Origin: a bacterium
Lineage (GTDB): Bacteria; Patescibacteriota; CPR2; UBA1875; JAJYID01
DNA: 64,000 nt
Assembly (NCBI GenBank): GCA_030647205.1
Contig: JAUSJO010000005.1
Span: 202,523-266,522, forward strand
Direction: 5' to 3'
Shown: piece after piece, positions 28,168 to 37,245 of the stretch
How positions within the stretch are numbered: position 1 is the stretch's first letter
How the letters are laid out: every line of letters begins with the position of its first letter
The notes under the pieces: model-generated
The model's input: only the letters and a program-made list of their open reading frames with translations
What the model was told of the DNA's origin: nothing
Databases searched by the model: none
Program-made: the position numbers and the translations under genes

Positions 28168-29202
28168 ATGAACATAACAAATCCGGAAATGATTTCACAA
28201 CTTTTGAAAGTAGGCCTCATGTCTGCGGGAGCTTTTATCTTGGCTATGGCGCTGACACCGCTATATACATTTTTTGCGTATAAATATGAGTGGTGGAAAA
28301 AAATGAGAACCGAAACCGTAGATGGCGAGAAGGCTGTACTTTATCAGAAGCTTCACAAAGAAAAGCACAAAAGGAATATCCCTACTATGGCAGGAATAGT
28401 CATATGGGGAACGGTTTTGATCCTTACACTACTGTTCAATCTGGATAGAGCTCAAACATGGTTGCCGCTTTTCACTATCGTTTCTGTAGGAGTTTTAGGA
28501 ATAGTAGATGATGTTATAAACGTGAGATCCAAGGGTGGAGTAGCGGGAATGAAATCAAAAGTTAAGATGGGGTGGCTGATAGCTATCGCTCTTTTGGGTG
28601 CTTCCTGGTTTTACTTCAAGTTGGGTCACAATGTTATAAACATACCTTTTAATGGTGATATTTCTATCGGTTGGCTTTATATCCCGTTTTTCATTTTAGT
28701 ATTTATTTCGATTGCGAATGCCGTAAATGTTACCGATGGACTGGACGGGCTATCCGGCGGCCTACTTTCCACGGCCTTTTTTGCCTTTATGATTATTGCA
28801 TTTTTCCAAGGGAACTACGGCATAGCGGCTTTTTGTGGAACTCTCGTTGGTGCGACGCTTGCATATACTTGGTTTAATATATTTCCAGCCAGGTTCTTTA
28901 TGGGAGATACGGGCGCAATATCATTGGGTGCCACACTTGGAGTTGTTGCGATGCTGACAAACTCGGCTCTTGTGCTACCTATTATTGGTTTAATGTTTGT
29001 TATAGAGATCGGATCTTCACTGATCCAGATAATTGCATGGAAAGTTCTAAAAAAGAAAAAAATATTTATCGTGGCGCCGATCCATCATCATTTTGAGGCA
29101 AAAGGCTGGCCGGAAACAAAAGTGACTATGCGTTTTTGGATTATTGGAGCGATGGCGGCTGTTGTCGGTGTAGTTATACGATTTGTTGCGGGGGGAGGAT
29201 AG
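28168..29202 (+). CDS. mraY: Phospho-N-acetylmuramoyl-pentapeptide transferase
   Basis: PTMAG, NAVNVTDGLDGL, FMGDTG, APIHHHFE. Confidence 0.98.
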   Translation: MNITNPEMISQLLKVGLMSAGAFILAMALTPLYTFFAYKYEWWKKMRTETVDGEKAVLYQKLHKEKHKRNIPTMAGIVIWGTVLILTLLFNLDRAQTWLPLFTIVSVGVLGIVDDVINVRSKGGVAGMKSKVKMGWLIAIALLGASWFYFKLGHNVINIPFNGDISIGWLYIPFFILVFISIANAVNVTDGLDGLSGGLLSTAFFAFMIIAFFQGNYGIAAFCGTLVGATLAYTWFNIFPARFFMGDTGAISLGATLGVVAMLTNSALVLPIIGLMFVIEIGSSLIQIIAWKVLKKKKIFIVAPIHHHFEAKGWPETKVTMRFWIIGAMAAVVGVVIRFVAGGG

Positions 29203-29205
29203 AAG

Positions 29206-30396
29206 ATGGGCTCTATATCAAGACTTAGGAAAAGTCCGCCTGACTTTGGCCTTTTTATAGTCATTATCCTACTTGTTGTTTTTGGTGTAATTTTCTTAAG
29301 CAGCGCATCGAGTGTAATAAGTTTCCACGAATATGGCGATTCTCGTTACATGTTCTTGAAGCAAGTTGTGGGTATCATTATCGGTTTTGTTGCGATGGGA
29401 ATATTCTATAAAGTTGACGTGAAATATTGGAAAAAGATTGCATTTCCCATGCTTATTATCAGTATTATCACATTGATTGCGGTATTTATCCCAGGTCTCG
29501 GAGTGGAACATGGCGGGGCAAGAAGATGGATAGATATTGGTCCAATACAGATCCAGCCTTCAGAATTTTTAAAATTTTCGATAATAATTTATCTTGCCAG
29601 TCTTTTCGAGAAGAAGGGGGTTGAGGTTAGAGACACTTATGGAGGTTTAATTCCTTTCTTGGTCCTAGTGGGCTTCATGGGTCTTTTAATAATGATGCAA
29701 CCGGATATGGGAACGCTACTTGTAATAGTTGTAATATCGGTTTCAATGTATTTTATCTCGGGCGCAAAAATGAGTCATCTTGTCGCTATGGGTCTGGCGG
29801 GGATTGCTGGTCTTGTTCTGCTTATCAAAGTCTCTCCGTATCGAATGCAAAGGTTCTTAGTGTTTTTAAACCCCGATCAATACGCTGATCACGCGGCGGG
29901 GTATCAGACCAAGCAAGCGCTTATCGCGATAGGTTCTGGGGGTTTAATCGGGCGAGGCTTTGGCCAATCACTTCAAAAATACCGTTATCTTCCCGAAGCA
30001 TCTACGGACTCAATATTTGCGATAATTTCTGAGGAAAGAGGTATCATTGGTGCAGCTGCGATATTTATTCTCTTTGTAGCTTTTGGTTATTTTGGTTTTA
30101 AAGTAGCAAGAGGAGCTCCTGACGCTTACACTAGACTTTTGGCAGTGGGGATAACAAGCTGGATAGTTTTTCAGGCTATCTTGAATATCTGTGCGACACT
30201 TTCTCTCGTTCCATTGACTGGTGTGACTTTGCCATTCATAAGTTTTGGTGGCACCTCGATAGTTATGGTCATAGCGTCATGTGGTATTTTACTTAATATT
30301 TCAAAGAATACTAAAGAAAGGACAAGCGATGAAGGCAATCGTAGCGGGAGGCGGTTCAGGAGGGCACATAACGCCAATCTTGGCAGTAGTCAGTGA
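29206..30396 (+). CDS. ftsW: SEDS peptidoglycan glycosyltransferase FtsW
   Basis: GARRWI, QPSEFLK, QPDMGT, LPEASTDSIF, GVTLPFISFGGTS. Confidence 0.96.
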   Translation: MGSISRLRKSPPDFGLFIVIILLVVFGVIFLSSASSVISFHEYGDSRYMFLKQVVGIIIGFVAMGIFYKVDVKYWKKIAFPMLIISIITLIAVFIPGLGVEHGGARRWIDIGPIQIQPSEFLKFSIIIYLASLFEKKGVEVRDTYGGLIPFLVLVGFMGLLIMMQPDMGTLLVIVVISVSMYFISGAKMSHLVAMGLAGIAGLVLLIKVSPYRMQRFLVFLNPDQYADHAAGYQTKQALIAIGSGGLIGRGFGQSLQKYRYLPEASTDSIFAIISEERGIIGAAAIFILFVAFGYFGFKVARGAPDAYTRLLAVGITSWIVFQAILNICATLSLVPLTGVTLPFISFGGTSIVMVIASCGILLNISKNTKERTSDEGNRSGRRFRRAHNANLGSSQ

Positions 30397-31525
30397 ATTA
30401 AAAAATAAAGATCAATCGTCTGAGATAGTTTTTATTGGCTCTAGGGGCGGTATAGAGGGTAAGTTAATTCCTGAAAAAGGAATAAAAAACCTAACTATTT
30501 CGAGTGGGAAATTTAGGAGATATCATCGAAGTAAGATACTGAATGTAATCGACCCGATGACTATTTTTAAAAATACGGTTGATTTTAAAAGGTTTGTTTT
30601 CGGGATCTTTGATTCTTTGAAGATATTAAAAGAAGAAGATCCGGATGTCGTATTTTTAAAAGGCGGCCATGTTTCTTTACCCGTCGGAATAGCTTGTCGT
30701 ATCAAGGGATATCCTTATTTTATTCATGAGTCGGACGTTATTCCCGGGCTTGCCAATAAAATATTGTTAAAAAAAGCAAAAAAAATATTTGTTTCACATC
30801 CTCTTGATAACTTTCCAGACATTGATAAGGATAGGATGGTTTACTCTGGAAATCCTATACGTAAAGATATTCTAGAGGGTGATAGAAAAAGAGCATATGA
30901 AATTTTTGAGCTTAAAAAAGATCTAAAAACTATCCTTGTTTTAGGTGGTAGTCAGGGTGCCCATGCTATTAATGAGCTAGTTGCTGAAAAACTGGATAGT
31001 TATCTCCAAAAGTATCAGATAATACATATTTCAGGCGACTGGGACTATGATTGGCTTGAGTATAAGAGCAAAAAGACGTCGAATAAAGATAGATATAAAC
31101 TTGCCGGCTTCTTAACTGGTGAACTCAAAGATGCTTATCAGATAGCAGACCTAGTTATAACAAGAGCAAGTAATAGTGTTTTAACGGAAATAGCTGCACT
31201 TAAAAAACCTGCTTTGGTTATACCTCTTGAGTCTTCAGCGAATGACCATCAGTTGGCAAACGCAAAAGCTTATTCGCGCCAAGGTGCGGTCTATGTGATG
31301 CTCCAAAGCCACTTGTCTCCCGACAAGTTATTTAAGCAGGTTGACTCTCTGTTAAATGATCCGGAAGAACTATCTTTTATGAGTGAGAAGATGCACAAGT
31401 TCTATAAGGAAGATGCGGCAGAAATTATCGCAAACCAACTGATTAGTTTCTACAAAGAAACGCAGAGGGTAGAAAAAGAAAGGGAAAATGAAGAGAGGGA
31501 ACGTAAGACCAAAAAGAACCGATAA
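30329..31525 (+). CDS. murG: Undecaprenyl-PP-MurNAc-pentapeptide GlcNAc transferase
   Basis: MKAIVAGGGSGGHITP, HESD, GNPIR, GGSQGA, HQLANA; ATG 30329 overlaps the ftsW 3' end by 68 nt. Confidence 0.96.
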   Translation: MKAIVAGGGSGGHITPILAVVSELKNKDQSSEIVFIGSRGGIEGKLIPEKGIKNLTISSGKFRRYHRSKILNVIDPMTIFKNTVDFKRFVFGIFDSLKILKEEDPDVVFLKGGHVSLPVGIACRIKGYPYFIHESDVIPGLANKILLKKAKKIFVSHPLDNFPDIDKDRMVYSGNPIRKDILEGDRKRAYEIFELKKDLKTILVLGGSQGAHAINELVAEKLDSYLQKYQIIHISGDWDYDWLEYKSKKTSNKDRYKLAGFLTGELKDAYQIADLVITRASNSVLTEIAALKKPALVIPLESSANDHQLANAKAYSRQGAVYVMLQSHLSPDKLFKQVDSLLNDPEELSFMSEKMHKFYKEDAAEIIANQLISFYKETQRVEKERENEERERKTKKNR

Positions 31526-32306
31526 GGTTCATCGGCAAAAGAATAACCTTGCCTATAGGCGGACGGAGATAGATACTCAGGAAAAGTTTGATGTATCTAA
31601 GATTTATTATTTTCTTATTTTTATTACGGTTATAGGTATCGCCTACCTCGTGCTTTTTTCCGGTGCATTTAATGTTAAGCAGGTGAATATAAGTGGGACA
31701 AAAGATGTAAACCCGGATGATGTAAGGGCTAATATAACGAGAAAACTGGAATCCGGAATATTTAAAAATAACATCTTCTTGCTTGATACGGATACTGCCA
31801 GCAGAGAGCTGAAAAAGAAATATGCATTAAAGAGTATAAAAATAAAAAAGAATTATCCGAATAGGGTAGATGTTGTTTTGGATGAGTACGTTATTGATCT
31901 GAATTGGTTATCCGGCGGGAAATATTATTACATTGATGAGAAGGGGAAGGCAGTCGGTGTCTACACTAAAAGCAGAGAAAATATTCCAATAGTGGAGGAC
32001 AAAAAAAATGTGCCAGTTGAAGTAGGGAAGAGCATGGTGACCGTGGACTTCATTAATTTTATTAAATATTTAAATCAGAACTTCTCAAGTGTTAAGAATG
32101 CTAAGATTTCCAAAATAGAAATAAATGAAAGCTTTAATGAAATCAATGTTTACTCAAGTCTTGGATTTTATATTATTTTTGACACCACCAGGGATCCTGC
32201 TCAGGAGATAAAAAATCTTAATACCGCGCTTGCCAGTAAAGACCTGTCTTCAAAGAAGCCAATGTATATGGATATGAGGATAAAAAACAAAGTTTTTTAT
32301 AAGTAA
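31488..32306 (+). CDS. ftsQ: Cell division protein FtsQ/DivIB
   Basis: Single TM, POTRA-like FNVKQVNISG...KKNYPNRVDV, C-terminal YMDMR; dcw position. Confidence 0.85.
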   Translation: MKRGNVRPKRTDKVHRQKNNLAYRRTEIDTQEKFDVSKIYYFLIFITVIGIAYLVLFSGAFNVKQVNISGTKDVNPDDVRANITRKLESGIFKNNIFLLDTDTASRELKKKYALKSIKIKKNYPNRVDVVLDEYVIDLNWLSGGKYYYIDEKGKAVGVYTKSRENIPIVEDKKNVPVEVGKSMVTVDFINFIKYLNQNFSSVKNAKISKIEINESFNEINVYSSLGFYIIFDTTRDPAQEIKNLNTALASKDLSSKKPMYMDMRIKNKVFYK

Positions 32307-32318
32307 TACGTATTCTTT

Positions 32319-32395
32319 AGGTACTCTGTACCCGTGTACTCAATGTCGCCCAAGATACATTGTGCGACATTAACACTGCCGGTCTCCTAGTACCT
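32319..32395 (-). ncRNA. Candidate structured RNA (interrupted rod hairpin)
   Basis: AGGTACT/AGTACCT, GTGT/ACAC and AATGTCGC/GCGACATT nested stems in the convergent intergenic gap. Confidence 0.35.
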
Positions 32396-32627
32396 CTTTT
32401 CTTCTTTTTAGGCCGTAGATTTATACTATTAAATAAACATTTGTCTTATAACTATTCTACAGTTGTCAGAACATAGTGTTTTAGAATAGTTATTTAATTT
32501 ATTTATTAAAGCATGTCGTATCGCCGGGTTTCGTTTCGTGATGACTTTTTACTTGAAAAATGAAAGGGGGAAGTAGGTAATGCTAACAGGTATTACTTTT
32601 AAGATAAAGCATCTGTATGGCTGCCTG

Positions 32628-35600
32628 CTATCTTTTTATGCCAGCGCTCTCCCCTTCTTTTTGATCAACAATAATAATCTTTTCATTTGGTAATATTTCT
32701 TTAAGTCCCAGGAACTCTTCCCTGGTTATCTTTCTGACATTTTCATCTTCGGCATCGGCAAACTTTTTTGTCATAATATTTGCTTGTCCGAATCTTGAGA
32801 CGGTACCCGTATTGCTTGCGGCCGGTACGGTTTTATTCGGTTGAATAGTCGTGTTTACTGGTTGCGGCTGAACTCTCGTTTGTTGTTGGGGTGTTTGAGA
32901 TGGCATCTCCTGCGTACGTTGTCTTTGTTGTATCTGTGGCTTTACTTGTGCTTGCTTTGGTTGTACAACAGGCTCTTGCCTCTCAACTCTTTCTACTTCT
33001 GCCCCGCCGGTGATTTTAGTTATTTTTATTTCCGGTTTATCGCTCTCCCCTTCTGGCTTTGATTCTGTCACAGCTTTTGCGAGTTTTTCTTTAATTGTTT
33101 CTGTTGTAGAATCGGACCGAACCATGTTGTTTGGTTTGGCTACCACGTTATTTTTTGTAGGGAGTATTCTCTGATTATTTACAGGTGCTATCGTACTTGG
33201 TTTGGGATCTATCTTTAACGATCCTGAAATGGGGGACGAGCTTCCAGTGCTGGTGGGCCTTTCTTCTTTTATAGTCTTTTTTTCTGTTGGCTGAGTTATT
33301 TTTTGAATTATTTTTTTAAGCTCTTCAGGGTCGACACTCTTTTTTATGGGAGTTGCTTCTCTATTTTGGGTTTGGCTTGGATTTGTCCTATTAGTTTCTT
33401 TCTTGTAAGGAGCATTCTGACTGGTTGTCGGCTTGTTGTATTCGGTTCTTCTGGACGAATCAGGTCTGCCAAATGATGGCCTCGCATTTTTTGCAGGAGC
33501 ATTTCTGACGTAATCGTTCTCGTCAAATTTTGATTCATTTTGTCTATCTATCGACCCATCAATATCAAGGCTATCAACATTTGACCATTTCCTAATCTGT
33601 TCTTCTATCTCTTCTCTCGGTTTTGCATATTTCTCTCTTGATAGTGCTATAATTTTTTCAACATTGTCACCGGTTCCTTCTCCTACAAATAATGATTTTG
33701 CGCTGAAGGAATTAGTAGCCACTCCATCTATCAACATGTTTAGATACATGTGTTGGTTATCTAGGCCGATAAGGTCATCCTTTTCAAAAGTTGGACTGAA
33801 CTCTTTCTCTAAATATGTTGCATCTGTAGCGCCAACTCTGAAAGATATTAGTGTACCAATGTTACCGAAAACCGCGTCTCTTACAGTTTCCTCCATCTGT
33901 GCAACGTACTGGTTGGCAAGTATCAGACCTAGTCTATATTTTCTGGCTTCTGACAGTATTTTCGCGAAAGCTTCTGTAGCAAAATTTTGGAACTCATCGA
34001 CGTAGAGGAAGAAATCTTTTCTATCTTCAGGATTTATTCTCGCTCTTGCCATCGCCGCAAGCTGCATCTTCGTAATCATCAGAGAACCTAAAAGTTCTGA
34101 GTTGTCTTCTCCAATTTTTCCTGAAGAAAGGTCAACCAATATTATTTTCTGACTATTCATAGCATCTTCAAAATCAAAAGTTTCCTTCGTTTGACCTATT
34201 ATATTTCTTATTGTGGGAGATGCCGTAAACTGCCCTACTTTATTCAAAATTGGAGCCACTGCCTCTGTAGCAAATTTATCATTGTAAGTTGAAAACTCTT
34301 TCAACCAAAAAGTTTTAACCACCGGATCTTCTACATAAGTCAGGACTTTTTTACGGAAGTCTTTATCTGTTAATATTTTTACCACATCCAACATGGTGGT
34401 ATCCGGATAATATGTAAGAGCTAAAATAGCGTATCTCATTAAATACTCTAACCTTGGTCCCCAACTGTAACCAAACTGTTTCTTAAAAACAGATACAAAC
34501 CCACTTGCAACTCCTTCTCGAAGTTCCGGGGTCGCTTTCATTGGGTTAAAACCAACGGGGAAATCTTTGTCCGCAGGATTTATATAAACTACATCTTCTA
34601 TTCTGTGGTCAGGTATTTTTTTCAGGATATCATGGATAAGTTCTCCGTGAGGATCAACGATGCCCACTCCCTCACCTCTTTCTATATCATCTACAGCGAG
34701 GAGTTCTAGCAGTTTTGATTTACCTGCGCCGGACTTACCCAGGACATACATATGACGCCTTCTGTCGTCTTTCTTTATCCCAAACCTTCTTAGCTGTCCC
34801 CTGAATGTTGTCTCGGCGAAAACGGTTAAATCATTTTTATCTACTGTTGGGTCATCTACGTAAGGAAGATTTGCCGGCGGCTCGCCTTTTTTTGATGATG
34901 TCCAAACGATGTTTGGTGTTTCCACGGAAGCATGAGGAAGATGATAAAGACTGGCGACTTCTTCAATATTTAAAACGAAACCTTTGTCAGTAAAAAGTCT
35001 GGCACGGTATTCATTCAAGACTTCTCTGCCGGTTTTTATTTTTGTTGGAGTGAAACCGTTTCCAAGTGTTGTATTAAACTGTTTAAATGCGCCGGCCGTA
35101 ATGCGCAAATGTTGTTTTGCCAGTTCCCGTGTCTTGGCGATATAAACTAATCTGATCTTTACTTGGTAGCCAAGTTTGTTAGCCTTTTCCTCTAGCCCTG
35201 CTAAAGATGTCTCTACATTGTGAGGAAGCTTGGTATCTCCTCCACCGTTTTTTGAATCTTCAGGAGGGAAAATAGCATTAACAATTGTGGTCATCAAAAT
35301 TGCGGGGAGAGATAAGAGTCCATGCAATATCCCAGATTTTGAGAAAAGTTTTGGCCCGGAACCGTTTTTCAAGTTTTCGGCATACTGGAGCCCCTTATTC
35401 CGCCAAGTATCAGAAACCGGACGTGTAAGTATTTGTATCCACATTTTTTCTGAGCTGTCTTCTATCTTTGAGAGAGCTCCGGTTATCCCCGCTAAAGGGT
35501 CAACCTCAAAACTCATAAATGTTTTTATTGGGAAGTAGTCGGGTTTGACTAGTTTTAGCTCGCACCCGGCCACGCAGTCGTCAACCCCATCGTTATCGAT

Positions 35601-36023
35601 GTCTATAATTCTAGAGTAGTCATCGACCGTTGCGATTTCTGCAGTTGGATACTGGGCATAAATCTGTCCCTCTGTGAAATTCTGAAGATCTTTAGGAACC
35701 CAGACATAGAACATTATTGATTTGGAATCAGCAACCATTTCGAAACTGATATGCTCCTGTATGCTTCCCTCTTTCTTGTGCTCTATTTCAGGTTTGAGTA
35801 TTCCATGGAGACTGGCAAACATCATTTCGGCGGATGTTGGTCCCTTTTCGCTATTTTTAGGTATTTTTACAGCCAAAACTACACTTTCAAGATTTTCTTC
35901 AACCCATTTGCTTTTTCTGAAGTTCTGAAAAGTAATAACTCCGACTATGAGAACTATGATTGGCCAAGTCCACATCAAAAGCTGAACAATACCCTTAAAA
36001 ATGTATATTAAAATTTCAAACAT
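32628..36023 (-). CDS. VirD4/TraG/TrwB-like P-loop ATPase with N-terminal TM and long low-complexity C-terminus
   Basis: RRHMYVLGKSGAGKS Walker A, DPHGEL, LYVDEFQNF Walker B, SEARKYRL, ANQY; last ~300 aa are Q/T/P/K-rich. Confidence 0.88.
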   Translation of the reverse strand: MFEILIYIFKGIVQLLMWTWPIIVLIVGVITFQNFRKSKWVEENLESVVLAVKIPKNSEKGPTSAEMMFASLHGILKPEIEHKKEGSIQEHISFEMVADSKSIMFYVWVPKDLQNFTEGQIYAQYPTAEIATVDDYSRIIDIDNDGVDDCVAGCELKLVKPDYFPIKTFMSFEVDPLAGITGALSKIEDSSEKMWIQILTRPVSDTWRNKGLQYAENLKNGSGPKLFSKSGILHGLLSLPAILMTTIVNAIFPPEDSKNGGGDTKLPHNVETSLAGLEEKANKLGYQVKIRLVYIAKTRELAKQHLRITAGAFKQFNTTLGNGFTPTKIKTGREVLNEYRARLFTDKGFVLNIEEVASLYHLPHASVETPNIVWTSSKKGEPPANLPYVDDPTVDKNDLTVFAETTFRGQLRRFGIKKDDRRRHMYVLGKSGAGKSKLLELLAVDDIERGEGVGIVDPHGELIHDILKKIPDHRIEDVVYINPADKDFPVGFNPMKATPELREGVASGFVSVFKKQFGYSWGPRLEYLMRYAILALTYYPDTTMLDVVKILTDKDFRKKVLTYVEDPVVKTFWLKEFSTYNDKFATEAVAPILNKVGQFTASPTIRNIIGQTKETFDFEDAMNSQKIILVDLSSGKIGEDNSELLGSLMITKMQLAAMARARINPEDRKDFFLYVDEFQNFATEAFAKILSEARKYRLGLILANQYVAQMEETVRDAVFGNIGTLISFRVGATDATYLEKEFSPTFEKDDLIGLDNQHMYLNMLIDGVATNSFSAKSLFVGEGTGDNVEKIIALSREKYAKPREEIEEQIRKWSNVDSLDIDGSIDRQNESKFDENDYVRNAPAKNARPSFGRPDSSRRTEYNKPTTSQNAPYKKETNRTNPSQTQNREATPIKKSVDPEELKKIIQKITQPTEKKTIKEERPTSTGSSSPISGSLKIDPKPSTIAPVNNQRILPTKNNVVAKPNNMVRSDSTTETIKEKLAKAVTESKPEGESDKPEIKITKITGGAEVERVERQEPVVQPKQAQVKPQIQQRQRTQEMPSQTPQQQTRVQPQPVNTTIQPNKTVPAASNTGTVSRFGQANIMTKKFADAEDENVRKITREEFLGLKEILPNEKIIIVDQKEGESAGIKR

Positions 36024-36040
36024 ATACGATTACTTACCGT

Positions 36041-37105
36041 TTAATTGTCTGCCAATGTGTAGGTTGCTCGTGAGACTCTTTTGAAAGAATTTTTTTGCAG
36101 GTTTAAAATCACAGTAGTCTCTTTCACAATTCTGTGTTTTTTTACATGCTCAATGATTTCATTCTTGTGCATCGGTCGCCCCTGCTCAATCAAAATTTCA
36201 CGGATAACATCTTCAACAACCCCAGGTTTATATCCCCACTCTTGAAGGGCATATATGCCTCGTCCGATTAAAACAAAGCGGTCGTCACGAATGAGTTCAT
36301 TATGTACGGCCTGTTTTGTAACCGGGCGTTTCTGTAGTTTGTGTGCAAGTATTTTTTCCGTGATAGTACTATAGTGAAGAGGTTCTTTATGGCCTTTCAT
36401 TATGATATAGGTCTTATCGCGAATGCTTTTTGGGTTTACTTCTCTCCATGTGATAAGTCCCCATTTTTTATCCTCTGCCTGAAGAACGTCTTTTTTAGCG
36501 CACATTAAAGATTCGACTATTTCTATTTTTTCTGATAATGATTTAGCAATATCTTCTGCGCTTATTACTTTTTTCTTTTCTTCAAGAAGGTTGCTAACTT
36601 CTTTTGACAAGCTTAGTATTTTTTTATTGTCAGTGTTTTTGAGGGTCCAGTAAGTTCTCATTTCTTTATTTTCGCCGTATCGTACCAAGTCATTGTTTAA
36701 AGTAATTAAAAATAGAAATGAATTCATTTCCTTCAGATCCTGTTTTTTTGTGGCGATAAATACGGCAACAAGGCGCTCTTCATTCACAAAACCGCCAAAG
36801 TTATCTATAGTTTTTTCTAGTTTTTCATGGAAAGATTTGATTTCCTGTATGTTTGGTATGGCTTTTTCGAGCTTTGTAGTCGCAACTTTCTCTATTTGAC
36901 GGACTCTTTCTCTTGTAATGCCCAGGTCTTTGCCGATTGCCTCAAGGGTTTTTGGTTTTACACCATTTAAACCATATCTTTCAATCAAAACATTTCTATC
37001 ACGATCTTTTTTGAGTATTTCCTTTGTTAATACAGAAGAAACTTTCTTCCCAAACTCTTGAGAAGTAGTGTTTTTTTCCTTTAAATTTGTGCTTGCTTTA
37101 GCCAT
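36041..37105 (-). CDS. sigma70 region-4 HTH + HARE-HTH (RNAP delta-like) protein
   Basis: RYGL...TLEAIGKDLGITRERVRQIE; C-terminal PLHY...VHNELIRDDRFVLIGRGIYALQEW. Confidence 0.85.
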   Translation of the reverse strand: MAKASTNLKEKNTTSQEFGKKVSSVLTKEILKKDRDRNVLIERYGLNGVKPKTLEAIGKDLGITRERVRQIEKVATTKLEKAIPNIQEIKSFHEKLEKTIDNFGGFVNEERLVAVFIATKKQDLKEMNSFLFLITLNNDLVRYGENKEMRTYWTLKNTDNKKILSLSKEVSNLLEEKKKVISAEDIAKSLSEKIEIVESLMCAKKDVLQAEDKKWGLITWREVNPKSIRDKTYIIMKGHKEPLHYSTITEKILAHKLQKRPVTKQAVHNELIRDDRFVLIGRGIYALQEWGYKPGVVEDVIREILIEQGRPMHKNEIIEHVKKHRIVKETTVILNLQKNSFKRVSRATYTLADN

Positions 37106-37145
37106 AAGTAAGTATTTTTATCAATTTTTTCGATTTGCAAGTTAA

Positions 37146-37174
37146 ATTATAGCACAACTGAACCCCCGTGTCAA
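37146..37174 (-). promoter_or_regulatory. Consensus sigma70 promoter with extended -10
   Basis: Minus strand TTGACA-N17-TATAAT with TGTGC before the -10. Confidence 0.85.
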
Positions 37175-37245
37175 ATGAAAATTTATATTTTCTGAGCACA
37201 AATTATGAGCGATTCAAGCGGTTTTTCGCTATAACATTCGATCAG

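Noticed and set aside
32319-32395. SRP RNA
   Set aside because: It lacks the GNRA tetraloop and conserved domain IV internal loop; kept only as an unassigned candidate.
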